Source: Tubulanus polymorphus
Lineage: Eukaryota > Animalia > Nemertea
Length of the DNA stretch: 64,000 nucleotides
Reading direction: 5' to 3'
NCBI RefSeq assembly: GCF_964204645.1
Contig: NC_134033.1
Coordinates: forward strand, 8,378,655 to 8,442,654
The notes under the pieces are model-generated. The model searched no databases. It was not told the DNA's origin and worked only from the letters and a program-made list of their open reading frames with translations. The number at the start of each line of letters is the position of its first letter. Position 1 is the stretch's first letter. The translations under genes were made by a program, and so were the position numbers. Below, piece after piece: positions 1 to 13,479 of this stretch.

Positions 1-983
1 CTAATATGACCGCTAAAACGTTTCACCCAAAAAAAAAACAATAAAAAAGAAGTCTGAACCTATACCTATCTACTGTGTATCTACTACTATAAAACAGGAA
101 ATCATTTCACAATGTCTTTTCTTCCCTCTTGTTACCGATCTCACAATCTTGCGAGCATTGGATATATATTACCTATGCTGAAAATGTTTTCATCATTTGA
201 AAGGTCATTGTAATCCCTACCAAACATTCAATCACTATATCAAAAGCTATATCTCTTTGTATTTGGAAGTGTAACGATTTGAAAATGACTCCTATTCATA
301 CTGCAATTATGAGAAATTAATCAGGGTCTGAGTGGTACAGTGTTGAAAATCAACCTGGTAACAAAAGGGGTGATGGACATTTTATAAATTCAATAAATGA
401 TATTTCAAAGCAAAATAAAATCTGTGCTTATGTAAAGTGCAAGTAAATTGTGTGCCAAGTGTGCCAAGTAAATTGATATTCGGATGACCACACCACTGGT
501 ACCTTGTTTTCAATCATCGTGCCTAATATTGTAACTTTCTAAACTATCATTAAGCCATCGCTCTCACTGAAATTTAAGTCATCATCGAGTAACACACTCT
601 TGATGTATTAATATTCAAATTGCTAGGATTAAATCTTGAAGTGGCAGATCTATAAATTTAATTCATTGTTATTTACCATTATCAAATTCAATTTGATTTT
701 ACGAATCAAACAAAGCAAATTTAATTCAATTTTACTAAGCGTGAATCGCAGGAAACGATCCACCTGAAGTATTTGTTACTGCCACATGCACTGTCAGTGT
801 TAGTTGAAAAATGCAAGAAAAATTTAGGTTCCTCTCTCAAAATCTTATTCCAGATCAATCAATAATCCAAAGAGCACTAATTGTTACATAAATTTTCTTC
901 AATTAAGATAAAATCAGTACCGAAGCTTCAAAAATTTCAAGAAAGCAAATGAAAATTCAGTTAACATTTGTTTGGAATTATAG

Positions 984-1247
984 GTGAAAGAGGTTTTAAA
1001 GGTGACCGCGGTATCCGAGGGTTACCTGGGGCTATCGAAGCTAAGATTGCTGAGAAAGGTGAACAAGGTGAAAAAGGAGACCGAGGTTTAGATGGATTGC
1101 CAGGCAAAAATGGAATTCCGGGACTCTCTGGTCAAAAAGGTGAACCGGGAAAACGAGGTGACCCTGGACTCCCCGGTCTACCTGGACCTGATGGACCTCC
1201 TGGCGAGTCTGGACCCCAAGGTTTTCCTGGCATCGATGGATTACCAG
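984..1247 (+). CDS. Type IV collagen (alpha2-like) internal exon, Gly-X-Y triple helix
   Basis: Gly-X-Y repeats ([16 protein letters not shown]...) with a short interruption typical of collagen IV. Acceptor tag|GT at 981-985 and donor G|gtatt after 1247; phase 1 at both ends. Confidence 0.9.
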
Positions 1248-1385
1248 GTATTGTGTCTAAACATGTGTACTAACAAAATTCCTCCTAACTGGTTAACATT
1301 CCCAGTAATGTCAAAGCTAAATTCTATTTTTTGTTTAAATTGCATCATCAAAACTCAGAACAGCCTTTTCTATTATTATAATTAG

Positions 1386-1577
1386 GTACACCTGGGCCGA
1401 AAGGTCAGATTGGTCCTATTGGTATACCTGGAAGTGCTATTCCATCTGGATTCTTGTTAGTTCGACACAGTCAAACTACAGAAATACCTAAATGCCCAAC
1501 CGGTCAGACAAAGATGTGGGATGGATACAGTTTGCTGTACATTGAAGGAAATGAAAGAGCTCATAACCAAGATTTGG
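1386..1577 (+). CDS. Type IV collagen exon: end of helix and start of NC1 domain
   Basis: [10 protein letters not shown]...[39 protein letters not shown]. Acceptor attag| and donor g|gtacg. Confidence 0.93.
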
Positions 1578-1726
1578 GTACGTTTGCTTTTGCTGGGTTT
1601 GTCAAAGAGTTTCATATGGCAAAATTATTCACTTTTCGAATATCGAACATTATCAAACATTTTATCGAAAATTTTCCTCAGACAGCATAATTCAGTAACC
1701 ATCACTCCATTTCAACTTTTGTCATT

Positions 1727-4497
1727 CATTAGCCCACTTGGGACTTTAGTCCGAGCGGGCTATTGCGTTCACTTTTCGTCCGTCGTCCGTCCGTCCGTCC
1801 ATAGACGGAATCCAATTATTTTGGGCAGTTTTGAAGACGCTTCAATATAATGTCTTGATATTTTGGTTACACATGTATCTACCCTAGACACATCTTGAGC
1901 CCAAAAACTGGCCCTGACAAATCAAGATGGCCGACTGGCAGCAATTTGATATATATTTGAATCCCCCAAGGGCCCATCAGCGTAGGAAAAACAGGGTCGA
2001 TCGGACTCAAGATGGCTGTCCTGTGACCCTTTTTGTGCCCAAAAATGTCAATTTTGGCCTGAATATCGAGTCCTGTAGCTTCCAACCGGTTTGCCATTTC
2101 TCAGTGCAATTTGTGATTGGTATTCTTTGGCAAGGGATGTTTTATTACCGAGATTTTTTTATCAGTCATTTATGGCACAATTGGTGGCCATCTTGGTGTC
2201 ATCAGTACTCATTCGTAGGTGGGAAAAAGTTTTTTCCACATATTGATACCTAAGCATATTGTGTTACCACAATCAATTGGAAAGTTGTATCTTATAACAT
2301 GTCCTATGACTGTGGTGAGTTTCTAGGTCATTGGGTAATTAGTTTTTGTATATTGCCACCAGGGGGCGTTGAATAATATAATAACTAATAGTATTTCTAT
2401 ATTATATTTGTACCTATGCATATTTTGTTACCACAATCGATTGCAAAGTTGTAGCTCATGACATCGTCTATGATTGTGGTGAGTTTAAAGGACATGGGTT
2501 ATTCTGTATGGTCACCAGGGGGCGTTGAATAGTAGAATAACTTAGTATTTCCTTTTTATATTGGTACCTAGGCAAATTTTGATATTTTTTAATAAATTTG
2601 AAAAATTTTCCTCAAATCAGGGAAATATTTGGGAAATTCATTTACATTTCACGTATTGCATTTGCCAAGGGCAACTTTCTTCAGCAATTTCCCTTGAGAA
2701 TCACCTTTATCAACCAGTCACTAAGAAAATCTTTACTGTAGCATGATAGTATCTGTTCATTTCCATTTGGAAAAATTGAAAAATCTCCCATTAGATACTG
2801 GGAAATTATCACTATTACTATTAGATATTGGGAAAAACTTTACGAGAATTAGCAAGAATTTCCGCCCATGCCTTCATTGGAATATGATTTAAAGATATTC
2901 GCATGAGCAGTACCATCTGCTCGCATGAGCAAGAATAATGTGTGCATGAGCAGTTTGCAAAAACGCAAAAGAGTGCATGCACAACTTTATGAGCAACTTA
3001 CAGAAAGTGGGTGTATTTTATAGCTCGAAGTTGGCATTGAGTCAATGATGTAAAAATGGTTGAATTTATAATAAATTTTTAAGTGTTACCTGAAAAATAC
3101 TAAGCAGCAAACTATTGTTTCACTGGGCATATAAGTCGAGGTCGATAATTTAGTGGTAACGATCTATTTACATTTTGGACATGGACCATAAAGAAATATA
3201 TTTTTGGCCTTTTTTTGGAATACAAAATAATTCATTGAAAAAGATAAGATACAAGATAAAATAGAACTTTGAACGCTAGAATTGAAAATATTATTCATAG
3301 GCAATGAATGTCCTTGCCAAACAAGCTCCAGTTTCAAGGGGCAATTAATTGAGGTTTTCAAGGGAAATTTTCAAGACTCTTTTGATCAATAATCTTGGTC
3401 TTTTACATATATTTGTATCCCCCAAGGACTAAACCGCATGACATGGCCCCACAGAACAGGGAAATTGGGACAAACTTGAGAATTTTGAAATAATAATTCC
3501 CAGTTTGGAAATATTTGGGAATTTGAAAAAATTATAAAACTATAAACACACTCGTTAGTAGGTTCAAAAGAGATATTTTTAACCAATATTGATACAAAAT
3601 AGATACTTATACAAAATACTATCCTAATTCATACACCTCTGCATGATTTAAATTCATCTTAATTTTTCATCAACTCATCCCTCTTCATTTGTTCTTTTCT
3701 TTAATTTTTTCTTTGTGTTCAAGGTGTCTGAACATCCTTTTGGATATACAGCCTTTATGGCTCTGTTCAGGCTCCTGTCACCTCATTGTTTGTAATTTAC
3801 TATTGTTATTATTAATCTTGTACTTATTGATGGTGACAAATAAACTACTATACTAACTTTCTTCAGCAATTTCCCTTGAGAATCACCTTTATCAACCAGT
3901 CACCAAGAAAATGTTTACTGTAGCATGATAGTATCTGTTCATTTCCATTTGGAAAAATTATAAATCTCCCATTAGATACTGGGAAATTATTACTATTACT
4001 ATCAGATATTGGGAAATACCTGGGAATTTTTATTTGGTGTTACTGTGGGAATCATGGCATGAGAAAAATTTGGTCAACTGGACACAAGATGGCCATCCTG
4101 TGATCTTTATTGTGCCCAAAAATGTCACTTTTGGCCCGAATTGAGTTTCAAGGTTATTGGTTTTTGTATATGTCACCAGGGGGATTTAATAGTACAATAA
4201 CTAAGTATTTCCACATTATATTGGTACAGTACCTAAGCATGTTTTGTTACAACAATCAACTGCAAAATTGTAGCTCATGACATGTTCTGTAATTGTGGTC
4301 AGTTTCAAGGTCATGGGTTTATATAGGGTTAATTGTAGAATAACTAATTAACGTGTGTCTATGATTATGGTAAGTTTCAAAGTCATTGATTTTAGTAATA
4401 TGGTCACCTGGGGGCAATGAAAATATTGAATTGTTTGATTGTTGAGCATTTGAAACCACATCCCAATCGGGCATGGTATCCCTGGACCCCTAGTTTA
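1727..4497 (+). mobile_element. Non-autonomous Helitron/Helentron-associated (DINE/HINE-like) composite element in a collagen intron
   Basis: 5' hairpin tagccc...gggcta followed by a (CGTC)n microsatellite at 1778-1800. Repeated core (tacctaagcat...ccagggggc) near 2247, 2411 and 4230. 3' short hairpin followed by ctagtt. The middle contains unrelated inserted DNA. Confidence 0.5.
2673..4016. repeat. About 160-bp direct duplication (2673-2835 and 3855-4016) in the intron
   Basis: aactttcttcagcaatttcccttgagaatcacc...gatattgggaaa occurs twice, nearly identical. Confidence 0.85.
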
Positions 4498-4577
4498 CAT
4501 CTGGTTGTTAACTGTAAAATTGTTATATAGTGCTTGCGTAATTTTGTATCATCTCATTGTAAATATCTACCTTTCAG

Positions 4578-4864
4578 GTTTTGCTGGAAGTTGTTTACAA
4601 AGATTCAGTACCATGCCATTCGTATTCTGTAATTTCAACAATGTCTGCAACTACGCCAGTCGCAATGACAAATCATACTGGTTGTCAACAAGTGCAGCGA
4701 TACCTATGATGCCCGTACTCGAGAACGAGATCGCTCCGTTTATTAGCCGCTGTGTTGTCTGCGACTCACCATCAAATATAATCGCAATTCACAGTCAGAC
4801 GACTCAAATACCACAGTGTCCACGTGGCTGGACCGGCCTCTGGATTGGTTATAGCTTCGCCATG
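4578..4864 (+). CDS. Type IV collagen NC1 exon
   Basis: [36 protein letters not shown]...[19 protein letters not shown] is the alpha2-type signature. Acceptor tttcag| and donor ATG|gtgag. Confidence 0.95.
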
Positions 4865-5325
4865 GTGAGAATATTATTTTAAGTTTATTGATTGAGGGAT
4901 ATTAATGTTGTTAAGAGCGTCTCAAAAGCTTAGTAGAATAAAAACCCCAATCCTGGTAACAGGGTAGGGTAGACTTAAGTAACATGGTTAATAGATTAAT
5001 TCTTGAGTCAAAGGTTCTATAAAAGACTGAAACATGTTCCAGGAAGTTAATTTATATGCAATAATCTGAAAAGGCTCGAGTAGCCAAGTACCATACTATA
5101 TACCAGTGAAAACAGTTTCAGGGCTGTTTTGACAATCATTGATGGTTGGCAACTCAACTTGCACCAATCAAAAAATGTAGGGCCCAGGATGTTTAAGTTG
5201 GGAATTGTATAATATTTGATGGACATTGGGAATTTCAATTTGTCATCCTGTAGTATAGCTAATTTTAGTTGGTATGATATGACGAAATATTAATTTCACT
5301 AAAGATATATATTTTTCCAATATAG

Positions 5326-5583
5326 CACACAGCTGCTGGTGCAGAAGGTGGTGGACAGTCACTGGCTAGTCCTGGTTCATGTTTGGAAGATTTCCGATCA
5401 ACACCTTTCATCGAATGCAGCGGAGCACGTGGTGCCTGCCATTACTACGCGAACAAATACAGCTTCTGGTTGACAACAATCACAGAGTCAGAACAATTCC
5501 GATCACCACGACCAGAAACGCTCAAAGCCGGCAATTTGCGTTCACGAGTCAGTCGATGCCAGGTTTGCCGTAAGAACACCTAA
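5326..5583 (+). CDS. COL4A2-like: Type IV collagen terminal NC1 exon (COL4A2-like)
   Basis: [49 protein letters not shown]...LKAG....[11 protein letters not shown]. Acceptor tatag|, phase 0 matching the previous exon, stop TAA at 5581-5583. Confidence 0.93.
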   Translation, partial: HTAAGAEGGGQSLASPGSCLEDFRSTPFIECSGARGACHYYANKYSFWLTTITESEQFRSPRPETLKAGNLRSRVSRCQVCRKNT

Positions 5584-6662
5584 AAAACTTCTTACCATCA
5601 TCGTCGGAACAATGCAACAATGAGTTTGAGGTAATATAAGGAATGGATAAACACAGATATGCTACAGCAGAATCAATTCATCAGTCAAACAAACACAATT
5701 TAAGGACGCAAAGTTGCCATGACAGCAAGATTTAAACTGCGATAGCCACAGATTATTGAAGGGTTGGTGCAGTTAATGAAGTACCTCCTTATGCTATTTA
5801 AGTTGCTCAAATGTTATTACGGTTTCAACGGAAATGCAGACAAATGAAACCACTAATATGATAAGTAATATTTTAATTAGATTATTGTATGTACAGTAGG
5901 AAATTTTTATATCTATGCAATGTGTCGTAGGCTTGTATTATCAATGATATATATTTTTTTATCCTGGTATGAAGTTCGAGACATTTTCTTTTTCAATAAT
6001 TGAATGAAACTGATAATCTGGTGCTAACCTATTATTTTGTAATTTACAAAGTATACATTTCAAAGTAAAAAGAGGAAAACTTGTGATTTACATATTCAAA
6101 CATATTGTAATTCGCATATTCAAAGTATACATTTCAAAGTAAAAAAAAAGGAAAACTTGTGATGGGACATCTTTGTGAATGTGTTTGATACTTGTACCGC
6201 TGACTGCCACTTAGGCATGATTTGCAGATTATGGGGATACTTTTTCCCTTTTAAAAGGGGAGAGACCAGAGAGGACTGGATTGTCAAGATCAGTGGAAGA
6301 CCAATGATTTCTACTCAGCGATTTTTTTTAGATCAGTATACTAGATACTTGTACTAGTAATTGAATTGATGTGAGATTAGTCTTCGATTGTAAAACTACT
6401 AACACATCAATTATGTTTTATGTATATTATATATGTTATTAACATGTTTTATGTAATTTTTTATGGCTATTTGTAAATTTAGGTGTTGTTATGATGTATT
6501 GTATGATCATGCAACTTGCTTTTTTTTACAGTATTACAAATTTATCTTTGTAATGATGTTTATTGTTAAGTTGTTTCTCCCTTGGATCCAACTTATGGCT
6601 GCACGAATAGTTTGATCATATGATTCATTATGAGCATTTTTTCATAATGCATTTATGAAACC

Positions 6663-6717
6663 AATAAACATGACCAATCTATAGCATATTCCGCACAACA
6701 ATGATAATTTCAATAAA
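6663..6717 (+). promoter_or_regulatory. Candidate polyadenylation signals of the collagen 3' UTR
   Basis: AATAAA at 6663-6668 and 6712-6717, about 1.1 kb after the stop. The region is AT-rich, so chance matches are possible. Confidence 0.35.
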
Positions 6718-7541
6718 GCTTATAAGCTTTAATTGAAATAATGTATTATAATTTTAATAATTATAATGGTGATAATCTTAATTATTATCATTACTGTATA
6801 TCTTTTATAGAAAATGATGAAATCATCATTGTTAATAATAGAAGTATTCAACCAAAAAAATATACAAATACATATTTCATAGAAGTAGGTCGAATTCTGT
6901 AGATGTGGTCATGACTATGGTTGGAACTGATACCTGAACAGCAAATGATCCTGGCCACTGTCCGATATGGTGACAAAATCTTAACTAATTTCTAGCTGTC
7001 TGCTATCTTGGAACCGGCATGACCATGCTTTTTTCTATGGAACAAATGGTGCAAGCCATGGTCCTAACTATTTGAAATTCAGGGCCGTTATTTTGAACAT
7101 GGTCAGGAAATCTGTGCGCCCAAAAGTTCCACCACCCTGCCTAACATATCATCTTCTCCTGGAGCATCCCAAACTGAACCATATCTCCCAGTTGTCTCTA
7201 GTTTCTATATGCGGTTGACTGTTGAGAAACTAATGTTATTTTTGGATTGTGATTTATATCAAGCGAATATATAAGCTGATTTCCAGTGTATGGTATCCAG
7301 GTATTTCATTTTGGCTCACCTCAAACATCAAACAACATCAAACAAACATTTCGCATTAGGGCTTGGCATTTTGTGTGTCTTGAATTTTGAAGGCAGCCAT
7401 CTTTTCTGCAAAGGCCTTCATTTTTCATCAGTGAGAGTATTTTGATAATGATGTATCATCAAGTGCTTCATTAATGTTTCTATGCAGGTTTCTTGATTGT
7501 ATAAAACTTATAGTTGATAAGCGTTACTTAAACATACGCGA

Positions 7542-7755
7542 GCAGTCTCAGCAGCTAAGTGAGTTAAGGCGTGATGCTGTTGTATCCAGAATCAGTGCTG
7601 AGTGACAAGTGGGTTCAAATCCTGCTGGCTGCTTACGGTGTGCGGGCAACACTTCAAAGGCCGTCCCATTGCAAGGTTAAATGAATAATCCAATATGGTT
7701 AGTCTTGGGAAACCCAGGTCAAAGCGCCATAAAGTCAAAACAAACAAACCAACAA
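7542..7755 (+). mobile_element. tRNA-derived SINE-like element
   Basis: A-box-like agcagctaagtgagttaaggcg, B-box gggttcaaatcc near 7611-7622, and a (CAAA)n tail near 7736-7755. Confidence 0.55.
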
Positions 7756-8622
7756 TCTACCAAACTGGCTATGCTGCCTACTGAGTTTAAAAAGAATATA
7801 ACTTGTTTTTTTTCCTCAGATTGAGTTATCTCTATGGTGTGAATCTTAGAGAAAACTTAAGAGAAAATTTATATCAATTTATCTCTAAAATTTGACTGAA
7901 AACTGCTCCGGTTCTTTAAATCCCCACATGTCACTGTCTGGAAGATGGAGCGAGGGATATTCTGACCTTGACAGATATTTCTCGTGTTTTTCGAGAAAGT
8001 TTTATTGTCCCGTAGTTTATCTTCACAATGCATGGATTCAGAGATTTTTGGGATCTCTAGGATTTGAACATTTTCTTCCATGAAGGGAATATCTCGTATT
8101 TCTTCTGAGTGAACTAATTCGTGAATTTTCATGGTTTGCAGTTATTTCAGTATTCTATCAGGATTACAGTTTTAACTACAATGCAGCAAATTATGAAAAT
8201 GATGGAATAGGTCACTAGATATGTTGATTCCATGTATCAATATCAATAATAGGTACACATTGGCTGAAACGTCAAACGCGAAAGGTCGAGCTGGCTTAAC
8301 AAAAATATGAGGAAGATACGATTTATCATATATGTACATCATGGCAATGAAAGAGCTTATACGCAAGTTTCTTCAGGGAAAGTACCAGGATCCTTAGTTT
8401 GCTCTCAATTCTATCAGGACAAGCTAGAACCGTGGACTCTGAAACAATTGAATTCTAGAATCTGTGCTACATATGCTGCATACTTTGAATACAATCAAGC
8501 TTCAATCAATCATTTTTTGCTGATATGTAATATTAGGGGCGCTCTTCTGGATCAGCCAGTTTTTATACCAGTTCTACAAGGGGATCGTAGACTGAATCTA
8601 ATTTTCTGTATTAAGCGTGCTT

Positions 8623-8662
8623 TGTGTGTGTGTGCGTGTGTGCGTGCGTGCGTGCGTGCGCG
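8623..8662. repeat. (TG)n/(TGCG)n microsatellite
   Basis: tgtgtgtgtgtgcgtgtgtgcgtgcgtgcgtgcgtgcgcg seen directly. Confidence 0.95.
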
Positions 8663-10105
8663 TTCACGTGTCTCACATGTATAATTCAACTATGAACTTC
8701 TTTTTGTTTAAATTGCAAAATATGTTCATACATAAGCCACGATGAGTGGGTATTTTTGCTATACAACATAAGTATCCATTCTTTAAACCGTTTGTAAAAT
8801 ACCCCAGCTCTGTTTTCTCAAGCCCATCATACTTCATACATCAAATATATCTGTAAGGCCAGTCGATGAATCGAGTTAATAATGTGTTTACATAGATGGT
8901 GTGATTTGAATGAAATCAATTGTTTTAATGCGTAATGTATATTGTTGATATTATTATATGTTTTATGTATACCGTATATACATGTGTATATATATGGATA
9001 TATAAAATGTACAGAAATAAACAAACACGTCATCCTTCACCAAATTCTACTTGTTCAACATTACTTTTTACACCCAGTTCCCTTGAGTGGTCGGTTCAGG
9101 CAGCATGCTGTCAAGGACTGCATTTATTTTTCACAAACAAATTTTGGCTAACTCCTGCAGGGGCACACCGCCTGGAATCTGGCCTAAGTTTGTTTAATCC
9201 ATGGTACGTTTCCTAGATAGAATTCAGTAAATCATTATAGTATCATTTTTCTGGGAAAGTGACGCACATTGATGTCAGTCATAACAGCCGTCTGTGCAGC
9301 TTCCTGACTCTGGTTCTCCTTTCATCCAGAGGTCAATAGAAATGTGGAATCCAGCCCTCGATGCCTATTGATTTGATTGATAGATTGATAGAGTGGCTGT
9401 TTTAGTGGTAAACCATGTGTGGGTGAGTATAAATCATGATAGCTCCAGATGTTGCCAAAGCCGTATTTCTCAACGCTCACTAAAATGAAAAATATGGAAT
9501 GAATTAATTTTAAGCAAATCCAGGAAATTAAAAGGCCCGAGTGAAGTTAAAGATATCAATTCAAATGTAGAATGTCTAATATGACATACTTATTAGGTCT
9601 CTGGTGGACATTAACTAAACAAAATCAGTAATAAACTAATTACTGTTTAAGTGGCGAAACAAAAATAGTGCAAGCTAAGAGACCGCCATGCCATGCTCAT
9701 AAAAAATTTTTTACTCACTCGCCCCTTCAACCTTTGATATGAACCCCTATTATCCCTATTACTCTTAAAATATTCATATTTTAAAAGTGTTAGCATAATA
9801 ATCTAGAAAAATAAGATCAAATATAGATTTCGAATAATAAAAAATCAATTTTCAATATAAAAAGCGTGAGTAAAGTGCAAACATAAAAAATGTGAGAAAA
9901 AGTAACGAGTAATTAACGAGTTGTTAGAATTAAAATCAATTCTTAAACATAAAAAGTGTGAGTAAAGTGTGAGTGAAATAATTCATATTTAAAACAGTGA
10001 ATATTTATATTTATATGCGTTAAATTCTTATTTTATGTTTAAAAGAAACGAGTAATTAACGAGTTGATGAAAATATGAATTTTAATTAAAAAATTACTTA
10101 TAAAT

Positions 10106-10692
10106 ATGAATGAACAGATACTACAGTTCAAAGATATTGATTTAAATGAATTAGAAAAATATTCTACAATTAAAAATTTCATTCCTATTAAAGATTTGAT
10201 TAAAACTGCGCGTCTTCGTTTTCAAGTGAAAAATATTACTGAATTAGTGTTTAAAAATCATTATCTAATAATACAGTTATCGAATGATAAAGATAAAATC
10301 TTATTCAATACAATGATTCCAAAATTCACAACATTTGATGGAATAGATAAACATTTTAATAATTACAGATGAAATGCAATCACTTTTTAATGATGAAAGT
10401 ACATTATTAAATCATAAAACATTATTTTTACACTTACGTTATTGCCCATTCAGAGAATGCTATGTTATGTTTTTTCAAATTACAAGAAAAGAGATTCATC
10501 CCCGGCATTCCAAATGAAAAATCATTTAAAGATGTTGGGATTCAATGTAACTTAGACAATAAAATTGATACACCTAAATATGAACCTAATGAAAAAGTGT
10601 TATGTAATTGTGGAAAATATTATACTCGAAGCAATAAATCACACCATCTTAAATCAAAATATCATAACTCAAAAATAATAATTCAACTCTAA
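10106..10692 (+). pseudogene. Element D gene(s): hypothetical protein ending in a C2H2-like zinc finger
   Basis: ORFs 10106-10372 and 10462-10692, the latter ending CNCGKYYTRSNKSHHLKSKYH. Possibly one frameshifted gene. Confidence 0.45.
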
Positions 10693-10750
10693 ATATCCAT
10701 ATTCAAAATAAGATATTCTAAATTACTTTTAATTTTTTTTCTTTAAATAA

Positions 10751-11368
10751 ATGAATGATTTCAGCATTCCAATTGGAAAAAGTGATTTGAAGCATTATTT
10801 AGTAGCAGGAGGTTTAATATTGGCAGCATTATATTTTTACTATGAGAATATTTCAAAAGATTTGATTAATGAAAATAATAAATTGAGTAAAAAGTTAAAG
10901 GGAAAAAATCATCGAAATAAAAAGAATAAAAAAGTTAATGATTTAAATGATTTAGAGGATAAAAAAACAGCATCTTATAATTTAATTTATTCTATATATT
11001 TTGACTATAAAATGAGCGAAAATAAGGTGATAGAAATATTACATCGAATATATAAAAATCAACAGAATATCAAATCAATTATTATGATTTCAGGTTTATT
11101 TTCTTTCTCAGTTTACAGTTTGAAACAGTTGTTAGAATTCTATGATAGCTGTAAAATTAAATATACAGAATTAAAAGATAACGTAAATTATCTATCAGAT
11201 CGAATAAATAATATTAAGTGTTGTGAAATTTGTAATAAAAGATATAAAAATAAAAAATCATTAAGGAATCATCAGATGATAAACTGTATGAATCAAAATA
11301 ACAATATGACTGTTAAATTGGCTGAAATATATAAAAATAGATTATATTATAACTATTTCTATATTTAG
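10751..11368 (+). CDS. Element D hypothetical protein with hydrophobic segments and a C-terminal zinc finger
   Basis: 205-aa ORF preceded by T-tract + TAAATG. LVAGGLILAALYFYY segment and CEICNKRY...LRNH...C. Confidence 0.55.
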   Translation: MNDFSIPIGKSDLKHYLVAGGLILAALYFYYENISKDLINENNKLSKKLKGKNHRNKKNKKVNDLNDLEDKKTASYNLIYSIYFDYKMSENKVIEILHRIYKNQQNIKSIIMISGLFSFSVYSLKQLLEFYDSCKIKYTELKDNVNYLSDRINNIKCCEICNKRYKNKKSLRNHQMINCMNQNNNMTVKLAEIYKNRLYYNYFYI

Positions 11369-11870
11369 ATTAATAATTTATATTTATAATTTTTATAAGA
11401 ACTAATTTATATATCTATGTACTAGACGTATGAGTAAGAAAGTAAGAATTCTTGGATTGATGGATTCTTACTCATACCTATCTTAGTTTTATATAAATGA
11501 ATAAATATTATGTTTTCTCCTAATAAAAATAAAAATAGATTATATTATAACTATTTCTATATTTAGATTAATAATTTATATTTATAATTTTTATAAGAAC
11601 TAATTTATATATCTATGTACTAGACGTATGAGTAAGAAAGTAAGAATTCTTGGATTGTTGGATTCTTACTCATACCTATCTTAGTTTTATATAAATGAAT
11701 AAATATTATGTTTTCTCCTAATAAAAATAAAAATAGATTATATTATAACTATTTCTATACTTAAATTAATAATTTACATTTTAATTTTTATAAAAACTAA
11801 TTTATATATGTATGTACTAGAAGTATGAGTAAGAAAGTAAGAATTCTTGGATTCTTGGATTCTTACTAGT
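11333..11870. repeat. 198-bp tandem repeat (about 2.7 units), each with an internal hairpin
   Basis: Unit starts at 11333, 11531 and 11729. 13-bp inverted repeat gtatgagtaagaa/ttcttactcatac in each unit (degenerate in the third). Confidence 0.9.
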
Positions 11871-13479
11871 ACGTCTTTTACATAAATATCATAAATAGTT
11901 TTATCATATATATTTCCGTTTCAATATTTATTTTTCTTTACTCACACTTTTTATGTTTAAAAATTGATTTTAATTCTAACAACTCGGTAATTACTCGTTA
12001 CTTTTTCTCACATTTTTTATGCTTGCACTTTACTCACACTCACTTTACTCACACTTTTTATATTGAAAATTGATTTTTTATGATTCGAAATCTATATTTG
12101 ATCTTATTTTTCTAGATTATTATGCTAAAACTTTACTCACACTTTTAAAATATGAATATTTTAAGAGTAATAGGGATAATAGGGGTTCATATCAAACGTT
12201 GAAGGGGCGAGCGAGTAAAAAAATAAAAATAAATTCGAACGTGCGAGAACTTATTTTTCATTTTTTATGAGCTCGACCCTTCGACCTTTGGTATGAACCC
12301 CTATTATCCCTATTACTACTATGGCGAAAGGAAATCCCAGGTGGAGAGAGATTTCTGTCGTTATAGTAGTATTTTGGTGGTTACGTATCCACATTTTTTT
12401 TTCTCGAGGCGGACCAAATGTCGACAAACGAAACAGAGTGCAAGAAAGGGTGTTCTGACTCGATAGTGTCAAAAAAGCTGACGATCCGATCGAGATAAGC
12501 GAAGAGTTAGGTGCGTTCTGTTGGAGTGTGCAGATGCTACAGTGCACCAGGTATTTTAATGGGAAACTGGTTGCAGTATTGACGCTTGAAGATGTCCGTG
12601 ATGCTGATGAGTATTTGCAAGCTATTGACTCACAGCACCATGCTACTGACACTGTTGAGATAGTCTAGACAGTCGAAGTCAACAAGGTGCTGGTGACGGA
12701 ATTCATCACCCGTACACCGCTGATGCCATGCCAGGTGTCCATTCTGCTTGATCATTAAGCAGCAGAAATCGTTAACTGATGACGAAAAGATGACACAGAG
12801 CACGGTAGAGGGTCCAGCCAAAAGCTCATCTCTGGTATGCTATTTTTGGTAGATGATAGGCCTACAGACAAGCTTTACAAACATAATATGATAAACATAT
12901 GGTAACGAAGATGTCGTTGTACACACCTAGTAGAATAACCACAAAATGTGGTGAACGGATGATAAGATAAAAACTCACTACCGGTATGTACAAATTAAAA
13001 GAATTTCAAAATCGTCAGGTGTGACGATGATCTCTACGTTGAGATCGAAACGTCTAAGTACTGAGAATCTACTCAGAGCTGTGCAAGAGCTACCATTGGC
13101 GCTGAACTTAAGCGAAACTGGGAAAGAAGAATTAATGGTTAAGTTCGAAGCTGCACATCAGCGGCCAACCTTGGTACATTTTGATGGGTGGCTGTGTCTT
13201 CAGTTAAAATCCCGTTGAGTTTTACTGATGCTGCTAAGTGTAACACCAGATGCACCAAGCCGAAGGCCGTTATGGATGTCCAAGTTCAACAGACGAATCG
13301 TCTGGCCACAAACTCGCCCTCACCGAAGTCTGAAAAAGAAGTTATACTGTAAGTCGTACCATTCAGACTGAATGCAGTCAAAGTTCGCCGTGTATAAAAC
13401 ACACATGCGGTTTGGAAGAAACTGATGTACAGATGCCAGATAAAAAGCAGCTAGGCTTGAACCGTCTGAAGAAAGTAGA

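Larger units (their letters stand above)
9696..12320. mobile_element. Element D: non-autonomous mini-Polinton derivative
   Basis: Inverted repeats of about 270 bp (about 9705-9968 vs 11936-12223). The right end terminates in ...TATTACTACT, the Polinton-type AGTAGT terminus. Termini share sequence with elements C and E. Left terminus truncated; no clear TSD. Confidence 0.7.

Noticed and set aside
7544-7633. Functional tRNA gene
   Set aside because: A and B boxes are present but no clean cloverleaf forms. A downstream body and (CAAA)n tail fit a SINE better.
9685-9690. cgccat/atggcg flanks as the TSD of element D
   Set aside because: They are inverted rather than direct, and D's left terminus is truncated, so no TSD can be assigned.
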